From Candidatus Pacearchaeota archaeon (GTDB lineage Archaea > Nanobdellota > Nanobdellia > Pacearchaeales > GW2011-AR1): DNA of 36,907 bases. The notes below the pieces were generated by a model. The model had not been told where the DNA came from. It did no database searches and saw only the letters and a program-made list of their open reading frames with translations. Location: positions 1 to 36,907 of the forward strand of contig NZBV01000018.1 in NCBI GenBank assembly GCA_002686355.1, written 5' to 3'. This document shows positions 8,816-17,333 of this stretch, one piece after another. Positions within the stretch are counted from its first letter, which is position 1; every line of letters starts with the position of its first letter. The translations under genes were made by a program, and so were the position numbers.

Positions 8816-10156
8816 ATGGAAGAAAATACTTATAACGAAAATCTTGAAAAGATAAAAGAGCTGATAAGACAAATATATGAACAAAGGAAAAAGTCCGAAG
8901 AATTCATTCCTGGCAAAAGCAAGGTTCATTATTCTGGTCCAATCTTTGATGAAAAAGAAGTAAACGCAACTATTGCCAATTTAACTGCTGGTACTTGGTT
9001 GGCAGAAGGCAAGGCTACATTGGAATTTGAAAAGCAATTCTCTGATTTAATGAGAGTGAAAGACACAATTGTTACTAATTCTGGCTCTTCGGCACTTCTG
9101 TTAATCTTTGCATGCCTCATGAATAAAGATCTGGAAAACCCTCTTAAAGAAGGCGACGAAGTTATAACAAGTGCCTTAATGTTTCCAACTACTTTGAATT
9201 CAATTATTCTAAACAGATTAAAACCTGTTTTTGTAGATGTTGAACCAGAGACTTATAATCTAGATATAAACCAGATAGAACAGATAATCTCAGAAAAAAC
9301 AAGAGCCATATTAGTTATGCATCACCTTGGCAATCCTTGCGATATGAATAGAATAGTAGATATTGCGAAGAAGCACAACTTGTATGTGATAGAAGATTGT
9401 TGCGATGCTCATGGCGCAATGTTAGGAGACAAGATTCTTGGCAGTTTCGGGCACATGGCTGCATATTCTTTTTACGGGGCTCATGCAATGACAATGGGTG
9501 AAGGGGGTGCAATAGTTGTTAATGATTTAAAATTCTCTCCACTACTAATATCTTTAAAAACATGCGGAAGAGCCTGCACCTGTGCATTTTGCAATGTAGC
9601 TGTTGACCCTGATTTCCAGTGTCCGCAAAGATTTGAGTCAAAATATGCAGGATTTGAAAACTTTGACAAGAGAACACTTTATCCAAATATCGGATATAAA
9701 TTAAAAATTTTAGATTTGCAATGTGCATTTGGCATAGAGCAATTAAAAAGGCTTCCAGATTTTGTAAAAAAAAGACAAGGGAATTTTGATTCATTAATGA
9801 ATGGGTTAAAAAAATTCGAGAAATATCTGACTCTTCCAAAAGTTTTAGAGGGAAGCAAGCCTTCATGGTTTGCAATACCAATAACACTCAAGTCTGATTG
9901 CGGATTTAGCAGAGAAGAGTTAGTTGATTATCTTGAAAAGAATAATATTGAGACACGCCCTTTATTAGGGGGCAATCTAGCAAAACAACCTGCCTATCAG
10001 GAAATTGATTTTAAATCATCCCCCCTTCCACACACAGATTATTGCCATGTCAATTCTTTTTACATTGGCTGTTACCCTGGAATAACTCAGGAAATGATTA
10101 ATTTTGTGTTAAATGTTTTTGAGGATTTTTTCAGAAAACTAGAAAACTCTCAGTAA
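8816..10156 (+). CDS. DegT/RfbH-family PMP-dependent sugar 3-dehydratase (E1/ColD-like) with a Cys-rich Fe-S-type insert
   Basis: Colinear with RfbH/E1 (FIPGKSKVHYSG, TNSGSSALL, GDEVIT...FPTT, EDCCDAHG). SFYGAHAMTMGEGG places His where aminotransferases have the PLP lysine. The Cys cluster is CGRACTCAFC...C. I prefer ATG 8816 to the GTG at 8789. Confidence 0.75.
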   Translation: MEENTYNENLEKIKELIRQIYEQRKKSEEFIPGKSKVHYSGPIFDEKEVNATIANLTAGTWLAEGKATLEFEKQFSDLMRVKDTIVTNSGSSALLLIFACLMNKDLENPLKEGDEVITSALMFPTTLNSIILNRLKPVFVDVEPETYNLDINQIEQIISEKTRAILVMHHLGNPCDMNRIVDIAKKHNLYVIEDCCDAHGAMLGDKILGSFGHMAAYSFYGAHAMTMGEGGAIVVNDLKFSPLLISLKTCGRACTCAFCNVAVDPDFQCPQRFESKYAGFENFDKRTLYPNIGYKLKILDLQCAFGIEQLKRLPDFVKKRQGNFDSLMNGLKKFEKYLTLPKVLEGSKPSWFAIPITLKSDCGFSREELVDYLEKNNIETRPLLGGNLAKQPAYQEIDFKSSPLPHTDYCHVNSFYIGCYPGITQEMINFVLNVFEDFFRKLENSQ

Positions 10157-10157
10157 A

Positions 10158-11045
10158 ATGAAAAAAATTTTTATTACAGGTGGGACAGGAGGAGTAGGAA
10201 GCGAAGTATCTCTTTTTTTAGGCGATAAATACCAAGTTTATTCAGGAACAACTAATGAAAATGCAAAAATTAGAAATTGTAAGATGATCTTAATAGACAT
10301 AACAGACAGAGAAAAATTAATTAAAACAATCACAGAGATAAATCCAGATTATATAATTCATCTTGCAGCACTAACAGATGTCAATTTATGTGAAGAAAAA
10401 AAAGAACAGGCATGGAAAATCAATGTCGAAGGAACTAAAAATGTTACACTAGCAGCTGAAAGAGTAGGAGCAAAATTAATCTATGCATCAACTAACTATG
10501 TTTTTGACGGAGAAAAAGGCATGTATGCAGAAGAAGATGAACCAAGCCCTGTTAATTATTATTCTTTAACAAAAGTTAAGGGAGAAAAAGAAGCCCTAAA
10601 CTATTCTAATTCTATTGTAACCCGGCTCTGTCCTTTTGGATTAGGTGCAGAGAACAGACAAACTTTTACAACACGGGTAATCCAGGAGTTATCTAAAGGA
10701 GGAAAAATAAATCTTTTTACAGATCAATTTTTCTCTCCAATATTCACTTATAATTATGTGCAAGTTTTAGAGAAACTCTTTGAGAGTGATTTCACCGGCA
10801 TTATAAATATTGCTGGTTCAGAAAGATTAAGCAGATATGAATTTGTTAAAAAAATTGCAGACATTTTTGAGCTAGATTCAAATTTATTAAATCCGACAAA
10901 GATAGAAGACTTGGACGAGGTTGCAAAAAGACCAAGAGATACATCACTAGATATTTCAAAAGCAAAATCTTTATTTGGAGACATATTTCCTGACGCTGAG
11001 TCAGGAATAAGGCAGATGAAAAGAATAAGAGACAAAGATATCTAA
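10158..11045 (+). CDS. RmlD-like NAD(P)H-dependent 4-ketosugar reductase (dTDP-4-dehydrorhamnose reductase family)
   Basis: 295 aa. Motifs ITGGTGGVGSEV, HLAALTDVNLCEE, LIYASTNYVFDGEKG, PVNYYSLTKVKGE (YxxxK). It starts 2 nt after the previous stop. Confidence 0.65.
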   Translation: MKKIFITGGTGGVGSEVSLFLGDKYQVYSGTTNENAKIRNCKMILIDITDREKLIKTITEINPDYIIHLAALTDVNLCEEKKEQAWKINVEGTKNVTLAAERVGAKLIYASTNYVFDGEKGMYAEEDEPSPVNYYSLTKVKGEKEALNYSNSIVTRLCPFGLGAENRQTFTTRVIQELSKGGKINLFTDQFFSPIFTYNYVQVLEKLFESDFTGIINIAGSERLSRYEFVKKIADIFELDSNLLNPTKIEDLDEVAKRPRDTSLDISKAKSLFGDIFPDAESGIRQMKRIRDKDI

Positions 11046-11067
11046 GAACTACTTATAACAAAAACCT

Positions 11068-11075
11068 ATTTAAAA
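11068..11075 (+). promoter_or_regulatory. TATA-box candidate for the GT4-like gene
   Basis: ATTTAAAA centred 24.5 nt upstream of ATG 11096. Confidence 0.4.
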
Positions 11076-11095
11076 CCACCCCCTCTAAATCCAAT

Positions 11096-12142
11096 ATGGC
11101 AACTAAAAAGATTTGTTTTTTTGTAGGACATTATGATCCAGCAAGGCATGTTATTATGATGTATTATGAAAGAATCTTCCCTAAAGATGTTGAACTGCAT
11201 GTCGCCTGCGCAAGCAAATTTGAAAAGGAAAAATATCCTTTAAAAAGAATAAAAGTTGTCGAGTTTCTTGATAAAAAATCAAGAGTTCCTTTTAAACTAA
11301 GAGAATTTTGCAAGGAGAAGAAAATTGATTTTCTCATAAATTTAACTGGAAATGCAGAAGTCGCACTGGCATTGCTTATAGCAACAGTGTTCACAAAAAC
11401 CAAAAAAGGAATTTATTTTCTCGGCAATCCAAAACTGACTTTTAAAAATTGGTTTTTTTTGTTTTCACAATTTTTTACTTTGCGCTTTTTAGCCTGCAGT
11501 AATGAGGTCTCTGAGAAATTCAAGAAGTTCTTGTTTTTCAGCAGAAAAAAGACATTTTATCTTCCTTTTCCAGTAAATGTGAACAAATTTAAACCAAAAG
11601 ATAAAAAGAAACTAAGGAAAAAATTAGGATTTAAGGATAAAGATAAAATTCTTCTCCAGATTGGAAGAGTTGAACCCGCGCAAGGTTCTGATTATCTGAT
11701 AAAATTAATAAAGAACAACCAAGACAAGAAGTTTTTGTCTATAGGGCAGGTAAATGATGAGAACTTTAAAAATCATAAGTTCAAGAACCTAACTTTAATA
11801 CCATTTATCCCAAATGTCCAGCTTCCAGATTATTACAATATTGCAGACATGTGCATTTTCCTTACAAAAAGAAACAGCTATCCATATCCTCCACGAGAAT
11901 CAATGGCTTGCGGAACACCAGTAGTTGTTTTTGACATCGGCGCCTTTAAAATAATCTCTTCTCCTGCAACAATGAAAATTCCTTTTGACTATGATGCACT
12001 TCAAAAACAAGTAGACAAATTTTTTAGCTTGTCTGAAAAAGAGAGAGAAGAACTTTCAAAAGATGGAAGAAATTTTGTGATTAACGACTCCTCAGAAGAA
12101 AAATTAATTGATGAAACTCTGGATAAATTGTTGGGAGTTTAA
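11096..12142 (+). CDS. Glycosyltransferase, GT-B fold (GT4-like)
   Basis: 348 aa. The C-terminal half carries ILLQIGRVEP.QG ... PRESMACGTPVVVFDIGA, the GT4 nucleotide-sugar binding signature. The N-terminal half is divergent. Confidence 0.65.
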   Translation: MATKKICFFVGHYDPARHVIMMYYERIFPKDVELHVACASKFEKEKYPLKRIKVVEFLDKKSRVPFKLREFCKEKKIDFLINLTGNAEVALALLIATVFTKTKKGIYFLGNPKLTFKNWFFLFSQFFTLRFLACSNEVSEKFKKFLFFSRKKTFYLPFPVNVNKFKPKDKKKLRKKLGFKDKDKILLQIGRVEPAQGSDYLIKLIKNNQDKKFLSIGQVNDENFKNHKFKNLTLIPFIPNVQLPDYYNIADMCIFLTKRNSYPYPPRESMACGTPVVVFDIGAFKIISSPATMKIPFDYDALQKQVDKFFSLSEKEREELSKDGRNFVINDSSEEKLIDETLDKLLGV

Positions 12143-12148
12143 CAACCC

Positions 12149-13723
12149 TCACAAATCCAACTTCTTCATAAAGTCCATCTTTTTCCCTAATTTATATTCA
12201 AAAGGAAAATCAAAAAAATTCAGCATCATTCTTGTTTTTGCAAATGGGTAAAAAATAGCTGATAACAATTTCAGTTTTATTGGATAAGGCAAAACCATTC
12301 TCTTGAAAAAGGTTGCCAAATCTAATTTTCCCGCTTTGATATAGAGTTGTAGTGCAGCATAATATTCTGGTTCAAGCTGTATCCATGGGTAATCTTCAAT
12401 TTTATATCGTGTATTTTCACTGAAATATTTTTCCCATCCCTCAAGCGTGTCTGGTGATGTCCAGCCATATTCTTTTACAAGATATTCATAAAGCTCACCA
12501 CCAGGATAAGGGCGGTAAATCTCAGGTCCGGAAATCCTGCTCCTCTCTCTCCATTGATAAATTTTCCCATTCTTTTTAATGATCTTTATTCCTTTATTCA
12601 CCTTGTAAATCTTTTTTGCCATCTTTATTGTTGCAAGTGTATCTTCTTTTGTCTCATTTGGAAAACCAGTCATAAATCCGTAGCCAGCACAAATGTCAGC
12701 TTTTCTTAGCATTTCAACTGCAGTAAAAATATCTTTTTCATTCACATCTTTTTTTATAAAATCTCTCATCTTTTGGGAGCCAAATTCCGGACTTAGATTA
12801 ACATTAAAAAAACCAGCTCTGCTCATTTTGTTGAGCAAATCCTGAGTCACCAAACCCTTTGTAAAATAATCAGCCCTCAAATTTCCCCCAAAACCTATGT
12901 CCAAATTTTTCTCAAGAAGAAGGTCTGCAATTTTATTTGCTCTATCCTTATTTACAAAAAAACATTCGTCACTGAACTCTATAACTTTAATTCCATATCT
13001 TTTATGCAGGTGCTCAATCTCTTTTATTACATTTTCAGCAGTAAGAGCTCTCCACTTGGTATTTTTTGTTATATAATTTATGCAGAAAGTGCATCTATGT
13101 GGGCAGCCCCTGCTTGTCATAAAAGTAATAACCTTTTTTTCAAAAACATCTGGGTTTAGGAGCTCATAATTTAAAATACTTAATTCATTCATATCAACAA
13201 AATCTTCAGGAGGAGTTTTCACAATCTTTCCACCTTCTTCATATATAATCCCTTTTACATTTTTGCAGGATTTTCCTTTTGATAAGCAATTTGCTAGATT
13301 AAGAAAAGGTTTTTCCCCCTCATTATATACTGCAAAATCTATAAGAGGATGTTTTATTGTCTGTTCTGGATAAAGCCTTAGATGAATTCCTCCCCACACA
13401 GTTTTTATTTTCGGATCTATTTTCTTTATCAGTCGCGTAACTTCAAGAGCATTTGGAATGCAAAACGTCATTGCAGAAATTCCAACTAAAAAAACCCCCC
13501 CTTTTTTTATCTCATTTTTTATAATTTCTTTGTAATCTTTCTCAACAAGACAATCAATAAGCTTCACCTTAAAATCACTTTTTTTTGTAAGCCATGTTCC
13601 AACAGCAAGAAGCCCGGCAGGGATATTGTTCTTTTCACCCCCCTCCCCTAAACTAGAAGGATAAGCATTAATCAAAATAATTCTCTTCTTATTCTGCATA
13701 TTTTTTCTATTTTTCTGGGGCAT
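12149..13723 (-). CDS. B12-binding-domain radical SAM enzyme (class B) (rSAM-2)
   Basis: 524 aa. Motifs PAGLLAVGTWL, LVGISAMT, VWGGIHLRLYPEQ, VYNEGEKPF, then TSRGCPHRCTFC. Confidence 0.85.
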   Translation of the reverse strand: MPQKNRKNMQNKKRIILINAYPSSLGEGGEKNNIPAGLLAVGTWLTKKSDFKVKLIDCLVEKDYKEIIKNEIKKGGVFLVGISAMTFCIPNALEVTRLIKKIDPKIKTVWGGIHLRLYPEQTIKHPLIDFAVYNEGEKPFLNLANCLSKGKSCKNVKGIIYEEGGKIVKTPPEDFVDMNELSILNYELLNPDVFEKKVITFMTSRGCPHRCTFCINYITKNTKWRALTAENVIKEIEHLHKRYGIKVIEFSDECFFVNKDRANKIADLLLEKNLDIGFGGNLRADYFTKGLVTQDLLNKMSRAGFFNVNLSPEFGSQKMRDFIKKDVNEKDIFTAVEMLRKADICAGYGFMTGFPNETKEDTLATIKMAKKIYKVNKGIKIIKKNGKIYQWRERSRISGPEIYRPYPGGELYEYLVKEYGWTSPDTLEGWEKYFSENTRYKIEDYPWIQLEPEYYAALQLYIKAGKLDLATFFKRMVLPYPIKLKLLSAIFYPFAKTRMMLNFFDFPFEYKLGKKMDFMKKLDL

Positions 13724-13744
13724 AAGATTTTGTATAAGAAGCAG

Positions 13745-13751
13745 TTTATAA
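13745..13751 (-). promoter_or_regulatory. TATA-box candidate for rSAM-2
   Basis: TTATAAA (minus strand) centred 25 nt upstream of ATG 13723. Confidence 0.45.
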
Positions 13752-13768
13752 GATTATTTGTTCTATAG

Positions 13769-14527
13769 TTAAGTGTATCCCAACTCTCTTAACCTCTCCA
13801 TTATAGTCTCTCTGACTTCTCCCCTCCCTGCCCTTTCATGCATGTCTGGATCTAGGTTTTTGTCAGTGCATTCAACGCAACCAAGCGAGGTAAATCCCTG
13901 TTTGTATAATGGATTGCATTCAAGATTAAACTTTTTTACAAAATCAAGAACATCTTCTCTTCTCCAGAATATAATTGGATGAACCCTTATATGGGCTGGA
14001 TTTTGCCTGGGGGAAAAAATACTTTCTTTAGCTCTCTCTTCATGCTCAACCCCCCTTAACCCTACAAAAAAAGCATCAAAGTTTTTGTCTCCAATAGCTT
14101 TCATCATAGGCGTAATCTTATGATAATGACAGCATGTTTCTGTGAATACAGGAGTTCTTAATCCATGTTCATCTGTAAATTCTTTAACTTTATCTTTTTC
14201 AGCCATAACAGCATGATAATCTACAAGTTGCCACTCTCTTCTAATCTTGTCAATAAATGCATATGTTTCTGGGGCATCATGTTGTGTGTCAACAAAAACA
14301 ACAGGCATGTTTGGTTTAACCTGAAGAATTAAATGTAGTAAAATCAGACTGTCTGTGCCGCCACTAAAACCCATCCCAACTTTTGAGTATTTCTCAATTG
14401 CTTCTTTTATTATCTCTTTTGATTTCTCAATCTTCTCATCAAGTGATAAGTCAAGAAGTTCCTTCACCTCAGGCCTCATTAAATCCTCGCAGATTTTTGT
14501 CCTGTTTATTGTAAAATCTTTTGCCAT
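13769..14527 (-). CDS. PAPS reductase / CysD-family PP-loop (adenine nucleotide alpha-hydrolase) protein
   Basis: 252 aa. Motifs GFSGGTDSLILLHL (SGGxDS PP-loop), VVFVDTQHDAPETYAFIDKI, CCHYHKITPM, FFVGLRGVEHEERAKESIF, HPIIFWRREDV, NPLYKQGFTSLGCVECT. It has no C-terminal ECGLH. Confidence 0.75.
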   Translation of the reverse strand: MAKDFTINRTKICEDLMRPEVKELLDLSLDEKIEKSKEIIKEAIEKYSKVGMGFSGGTDSLILLHLILQVKPNMPVVFVDTQHDAPETYAFIDKIRREWQLVDYHAVMAEKDKVKEFTDEHGLRTPVFTETCCHYHKITPMMKAIGDKNFDAFFVGLRGVEHEERAKESIFSPRQNPAHIRVHPIIFWRREDVLDFVKKFNLECNPLYKQGFTSLGCVECTDKNLDPDMHERAGRGEVRETIMERLRELGYT

Positions 14528-14582
14528 TATAGATAATTATATATAATTACACCTTTTAAAGATTTCTATCTTGGAAAACATA
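14528..14582 (-). promoter_or_regulatory. Promoter/operator region of the PP-loop gene: TATA candidate plus 16-nt perfect palindrome
   Basis: CTTTAAAA (minus strand, 14554-14561) is centred about 30 nt from ATG 14527. The palindrome TAATTATATATAATTA (14534-14549) lies between it and the start codon. Confidence 0.45.
14533..14547. repeat. Copy 1 of the 15-nt box ATAATTATATATAAT (contains the 12-nt palindrome ATTATATATAAT)
   Basis: Exact string match to 14812-14826, read directly from the sequence. Confidence 0.8.
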
Positions 14583-14813
14583 TTAATAACCAAGACTTTT
14601 CAGCTTTGCTTTAATTTCTCCTGTTTCTTCAGAAGCAATTAGTGTCTTTGGAGAAGAAGCCAGAATCTGTCTTAGGACAAATGCAACATATGAAGAAACC
14701 GATGGCATTCCAGTTCCCTTTATTCTTTTTTTAACTTTTTCAATCAAAGGCGCAGGAAGAGAAATTGTTCCATATCTTACCTTATTCCCTGCTCTTTTTT
14801 TAGGCTTTTTCAT
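14583..14813 (-). CDS. Ribbon-helix-helix (CopG/Arc-like) DNA-binding protein
   Basis: A basic N-tail (MKKPKKRAGNK), a beta-strand candidate (YGTISLPAPL) and two helices (IEKVKKRI..., SVSSYVAFVLRQIL). I prefer ATG 14813. The alternative ATG 14855 would read through TATA-like sequence and overlap the upstream gene by 20 nt. Confidence 0.55.
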   Translation of the reverse strand: MKKPKKRAGNKVRYGTISLPAPLIEKVKKRIKGTGMPSVSSYVAFVLRQILASSPKTLIASEETGEIKAKLKSLGY

Positions 14814-14826
14814 AATTATATATAAT
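14812..14826. repeat. Copy 2 of the 15-nt box ATAATTATATATAAT
   Basis: Exact match to 14533-14547. It abuts and overlaps the RHH start codon (ATG 14813-14811). Confidence 0.8.
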
Positions 14827-14835
14827 ATCAAGAAG

Positions 14836-14843
14836 TTATAAAT
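14836..14843 (-). promoter_or_regulatory. TATA-box candidate for the RHH gene
   Basis: TTATAAAT as written on the plus strand (ATTTATAA on the gene strand) is centred 26.5 nt upstream of ATG 14813. It overlaps the stop codon of the upstream AP-superfamily gene. Confidence 0.4.
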
Positions 14844-16152
14844 CTTCCTTCTCATCTAAAAACTCTTTTAGTTCACTCTCTCCAGAATAAATATTCTCAT
14901 TCTCCCCAGAATCTTTTTCCAAATCATATTCTTCAAATTCTCCATGATGAGAGGATTTACACAAATTACACTGGTTGTCCTTTGCAACAATTAATTTTTT
15001 ATTCTTTGTCCTGACACCCCTAACATTTACACACAAACCATCCCAGAAAAAAACCTTGTCCCTGATTTTATCTCCCTTAACTAATTTAATCAAGGATTTT
15101 CCATCAAAATTATTATATTCTCTTTCACCAAGATAATCCAACACCGTAGGAGTTATATCAATGTTCTGGGCGAATTCATTCATCTCTTTTCCCTCAAAAC
15201 CAGGTAGATGCATGATGAATGGAACATGAATTGTATCATCATATAATCCAGAAGAACTAAAATAAATTTCATGGTCAATGAGATTAGTCCCATGGTCACC
15301 AAGGACAATCAAAACCGTGTTATCCCACAGATTATTGTTTTTTAGATAATTAAACAATCTCCCGATTTGTTTATCGACCTCTTTTATCGCAGCATCATAT
15401 TTATCAATCATATCTTCTGTTGAATTAAGACCAATATCTGTGACCCTCTTTTTGAAATATTCTCTCTGGGATTTATTTTCTATTTTTTCTAAAAATTCCT
15501 CAATATTCTCCTTCTTTGAACCTCTGAATTTTGTTGTTGGAAAAGGAAAGTGTGTGTCCCAAAAATGCATGAAAAGAAAGAAAGGTTTCTTTGAGTTTTT
15601 GATTTTTGAAATACCTAAGTCCATTGTATCCTTTGCAGGAGAGAATTTCACAGAAGCCCGGGTCTTCACAACTTTTTTTCCAATTTTGTATGCCCAATTT
15701 GGAAGATTTAGTAAAAATTTTTTTACAACAGGAACATTCATGAACTTTTTCAGTTTGCTTTGTGTTTCCTCTCTTTCTTCATAATAATCAAATCCGTCTT
15801 TAAACCACATCCCAATCCAGTCAATTGCGATTGTATTATATCCTTTTTCTTTAAGGTATTTCGGAAGCCAAAATTTCATTTCTCTGTCCATTTTTTCAAT
15901 CTCTTTATTTGTTGTATATGGAAATTGATGAAGTATTCCGTGATGGTTAGGGTATCTGCCAGTAAATATAGACATGAGAGAAGGAGCAGTTGCGTTTGAA
16001 CTTGAAAAGAAATTCTTAAACAATAAATTTTTATCAGCAATCTTTTTCAGATTTTTATCTATTTTTTTTCTGTAACCAAACATGCTTAGATTTTTTGGTC
16101 TAAAAGCATCAACTACAAGGATTATAATATTTTTTTTATTTGCATTATCCAT
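14836..16152 (-). CDS. Alkaline-phosphatase/sulfatase-superfamily enzyme, soluble, Thr at the nucleophile position
   Basis: Metal ligand block IIILVVDAFR. The nucleophile block SNATAPSLMSIFTGRYP aligns with sulfatase CxPSRxxxxTGR but has T67 and L71 (15976-15990). LIVLGDHGTN is also present, and there is no N-terminal TM helix. ATG 16152 is preceded by GAGGA, whereas the track start at 16188 is TTG. Confidence 0.75.
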   Translation of the reverse strand: MDNANKKNIIILVVDAFRPKNLSMFGYRKKIDKNLKKIADKNLLFKNFFSSSNATAPSLMSIFTGRYPNHHGILHQFPYTTNKEIEKMDREMKFWLPKYLKEKGYNTIAIDWIGMWFKDGFDYYEEREETQSKLKKFMNVPVVKKFLLNLPNWAYKIGKKVVKTRASVKFSPAKDTMDLGISKIKNSKKPFFLFMHFWDTHFPFPTTKFRGSKKENIEEFLEKIENKSQREYFKKRVTDIGLNSTEDMIDKYDAAIKEVDKQIGRLFNYLKNNNLWDNTVLIVLGDHGTNLIDHEIYFSSSGLYDDTIHVPFIMHLPGFEGKEMNEFAQNIDITPTVLDYLGEREYNNFDGKSLIKLVKGDKIRDKVFFWDGLCVNVRGVRTKNKKLIVAKDNQCNLCKSSHHGEFEEYDLEKDSGENENIYSGESELKEFLDEKEDL

Positions 16153-16153
16153 T

Positions 16154-17332
16154 TTAAATTTCCTCATAATCTTTGACAGTTTCGTCAACTATTCTTTTCC
16201 ATTTATATTGCTCTGCAGACTTTTTAATATTTCTATTTTCCCACTTTAAAATTTTTTTAACTGCTTTTGCAATTTCACTAGAATTCCTCTGAGGGACAAC
16301 ATAACCCTCTTTCTCATCTTTAATCATCAGGGGCATACCCGCTATATCTGTTGTCACAATCGGAACATTTCTTGCAAGCGCCTCCATAACAGAAACAGAA
16401 GCTCCCTCCCTTGATGAAGGTAAAATAAAAGCATCTGCAGCACTCAGATAAGGCAGTTTATTTTTTCCAAAAATCGCCCCTAAAAATTCCACATTCTTTA
16501 TTTTTTTTGATTTAGTATATTCTTTAAACTCTTCCAGCTGAGGCCCATAACCAATAACCTTCAAATCAACTTCAGGCAATTCCTTCATAGCATCAATTAG
16601 ATATTTAATCCCTTTGATATGAGTCATTCTTCCAAGATTTACAACTATTTTTTTATCCAGAGGCCATCCAAGCTTTTTACGTGCAGCTTCTTTTTTCATA
16701 GGAGAGAAATAAAAATCATCAATCCCCATTGTCTGAAATCTAATTTTAGAATTTTTTGCTCTTTTTTTTAGATAATCAATCTCCTGTGGACTTAGCGCAT
16801 AAAAAAGTTTAATATTTTTTAAAACCCTGTTTTCCCAGAATTGGCTTAATGCAAAAAAAGGAAAAAACCATCTTTTTTTCTTAGACTCTTTTAGATGCTT
16901 AAATGGCCAGCTTCCCCCGTGATGCTGTCCGATAATATCCTCTTTTCCAAATAAACTTGCAATTGCCAAGCCATGCAAACTATGGTATTCATGAAAATGA
17001 ATTATCAATTTATAACCCTCTCTCTTGCTTTTTTTAACCTCTTTTTTCAGTTCCTTCAACAGCGAAACAGAAAAATCCAAGCCATACACAGGAGAAATTG
17101 TCGTCGGAAACTGCCTATATTTTATTCCTTTATAAGTAAATTCTTTTTTCTCTTTAAAACTTCTCTCAGGTATCCAGCATTCTACTTCTATTCCAGGATG
17201 AAATTTTTTAATCTGCTGCGCAACCAGAGAAAACCAGTCATCAATTATGAATTTTTCCAGAGTTTTGTCGCTTCCTTCTAAGAAAAAAGACATTGAAGCA
17301 TGCGCAATTAAAATAATTTTTATCTTTTTCAT
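16154..17332 (-). CDS. Glycosyltransferase family 4-like (GT-B)
   Basis: 392 aa. Motifs VVNLGRMTHIKG ... ILPSSREGASVSVMEALARNVPIVTTDIAG (E-x7-E type). Confidence 0.8.
   Translation of the reverse strand: MKKIKIILIAHASMSFFLEGSDKTLEKFIIDDWFSLVAQQIKKFHPGIEVECWIPERSFKEKKEFTYKGIKYRQFPTTISPVYGLDFSVSLLKELKKEVKKSKREGYKLIIHFHEYHSLHGLAIASLFGKEDIIGQHHGGSWPFKHLKESKKKRWFFPFFALSQFWENRVLKNIKLFYALSPQEIDYLKKRAKNSKIRFQTMGIDDFYFSPMKKEAARKKLGWPLDKKIVVNLGRMTHIKGIKYLIDAMKELPEVDLKVIGYGPQLEEFKEYTKSKKIKNVEFLGAIFGKNKLPYLSAADAFILPSSREGASVSVMEALARNVPIVTTDIAGMPLMIKDEKEGYVVPQRNSSEIAKAVKKILKWENRNIKKSAEQYKWKRIVDETVKDYEEI
16161..16165 (-). promoter_or_regulatory. Shine-Dalgarno site for the AP-superfamily gene (internal operon gene)
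   Basis: GAGGA (minus strand) lies 8 nt upstream of ATG 16152, inside the 3' end of the GT4 gene. Confidence 0.5.
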
Positions 17333-17333
17333 T

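Noticed and set aside
14583-14813. The RHH protein as the antitoxin of a toxin-antitoxin module.
   Set aside because: No adjacent small toxin-like ORF (RelE/ParE/VapC/HicA-type) is present. The flanking genes are large enzymes. The duplicated palindrome upstream of two genes fits a conventional transcription regulator better.
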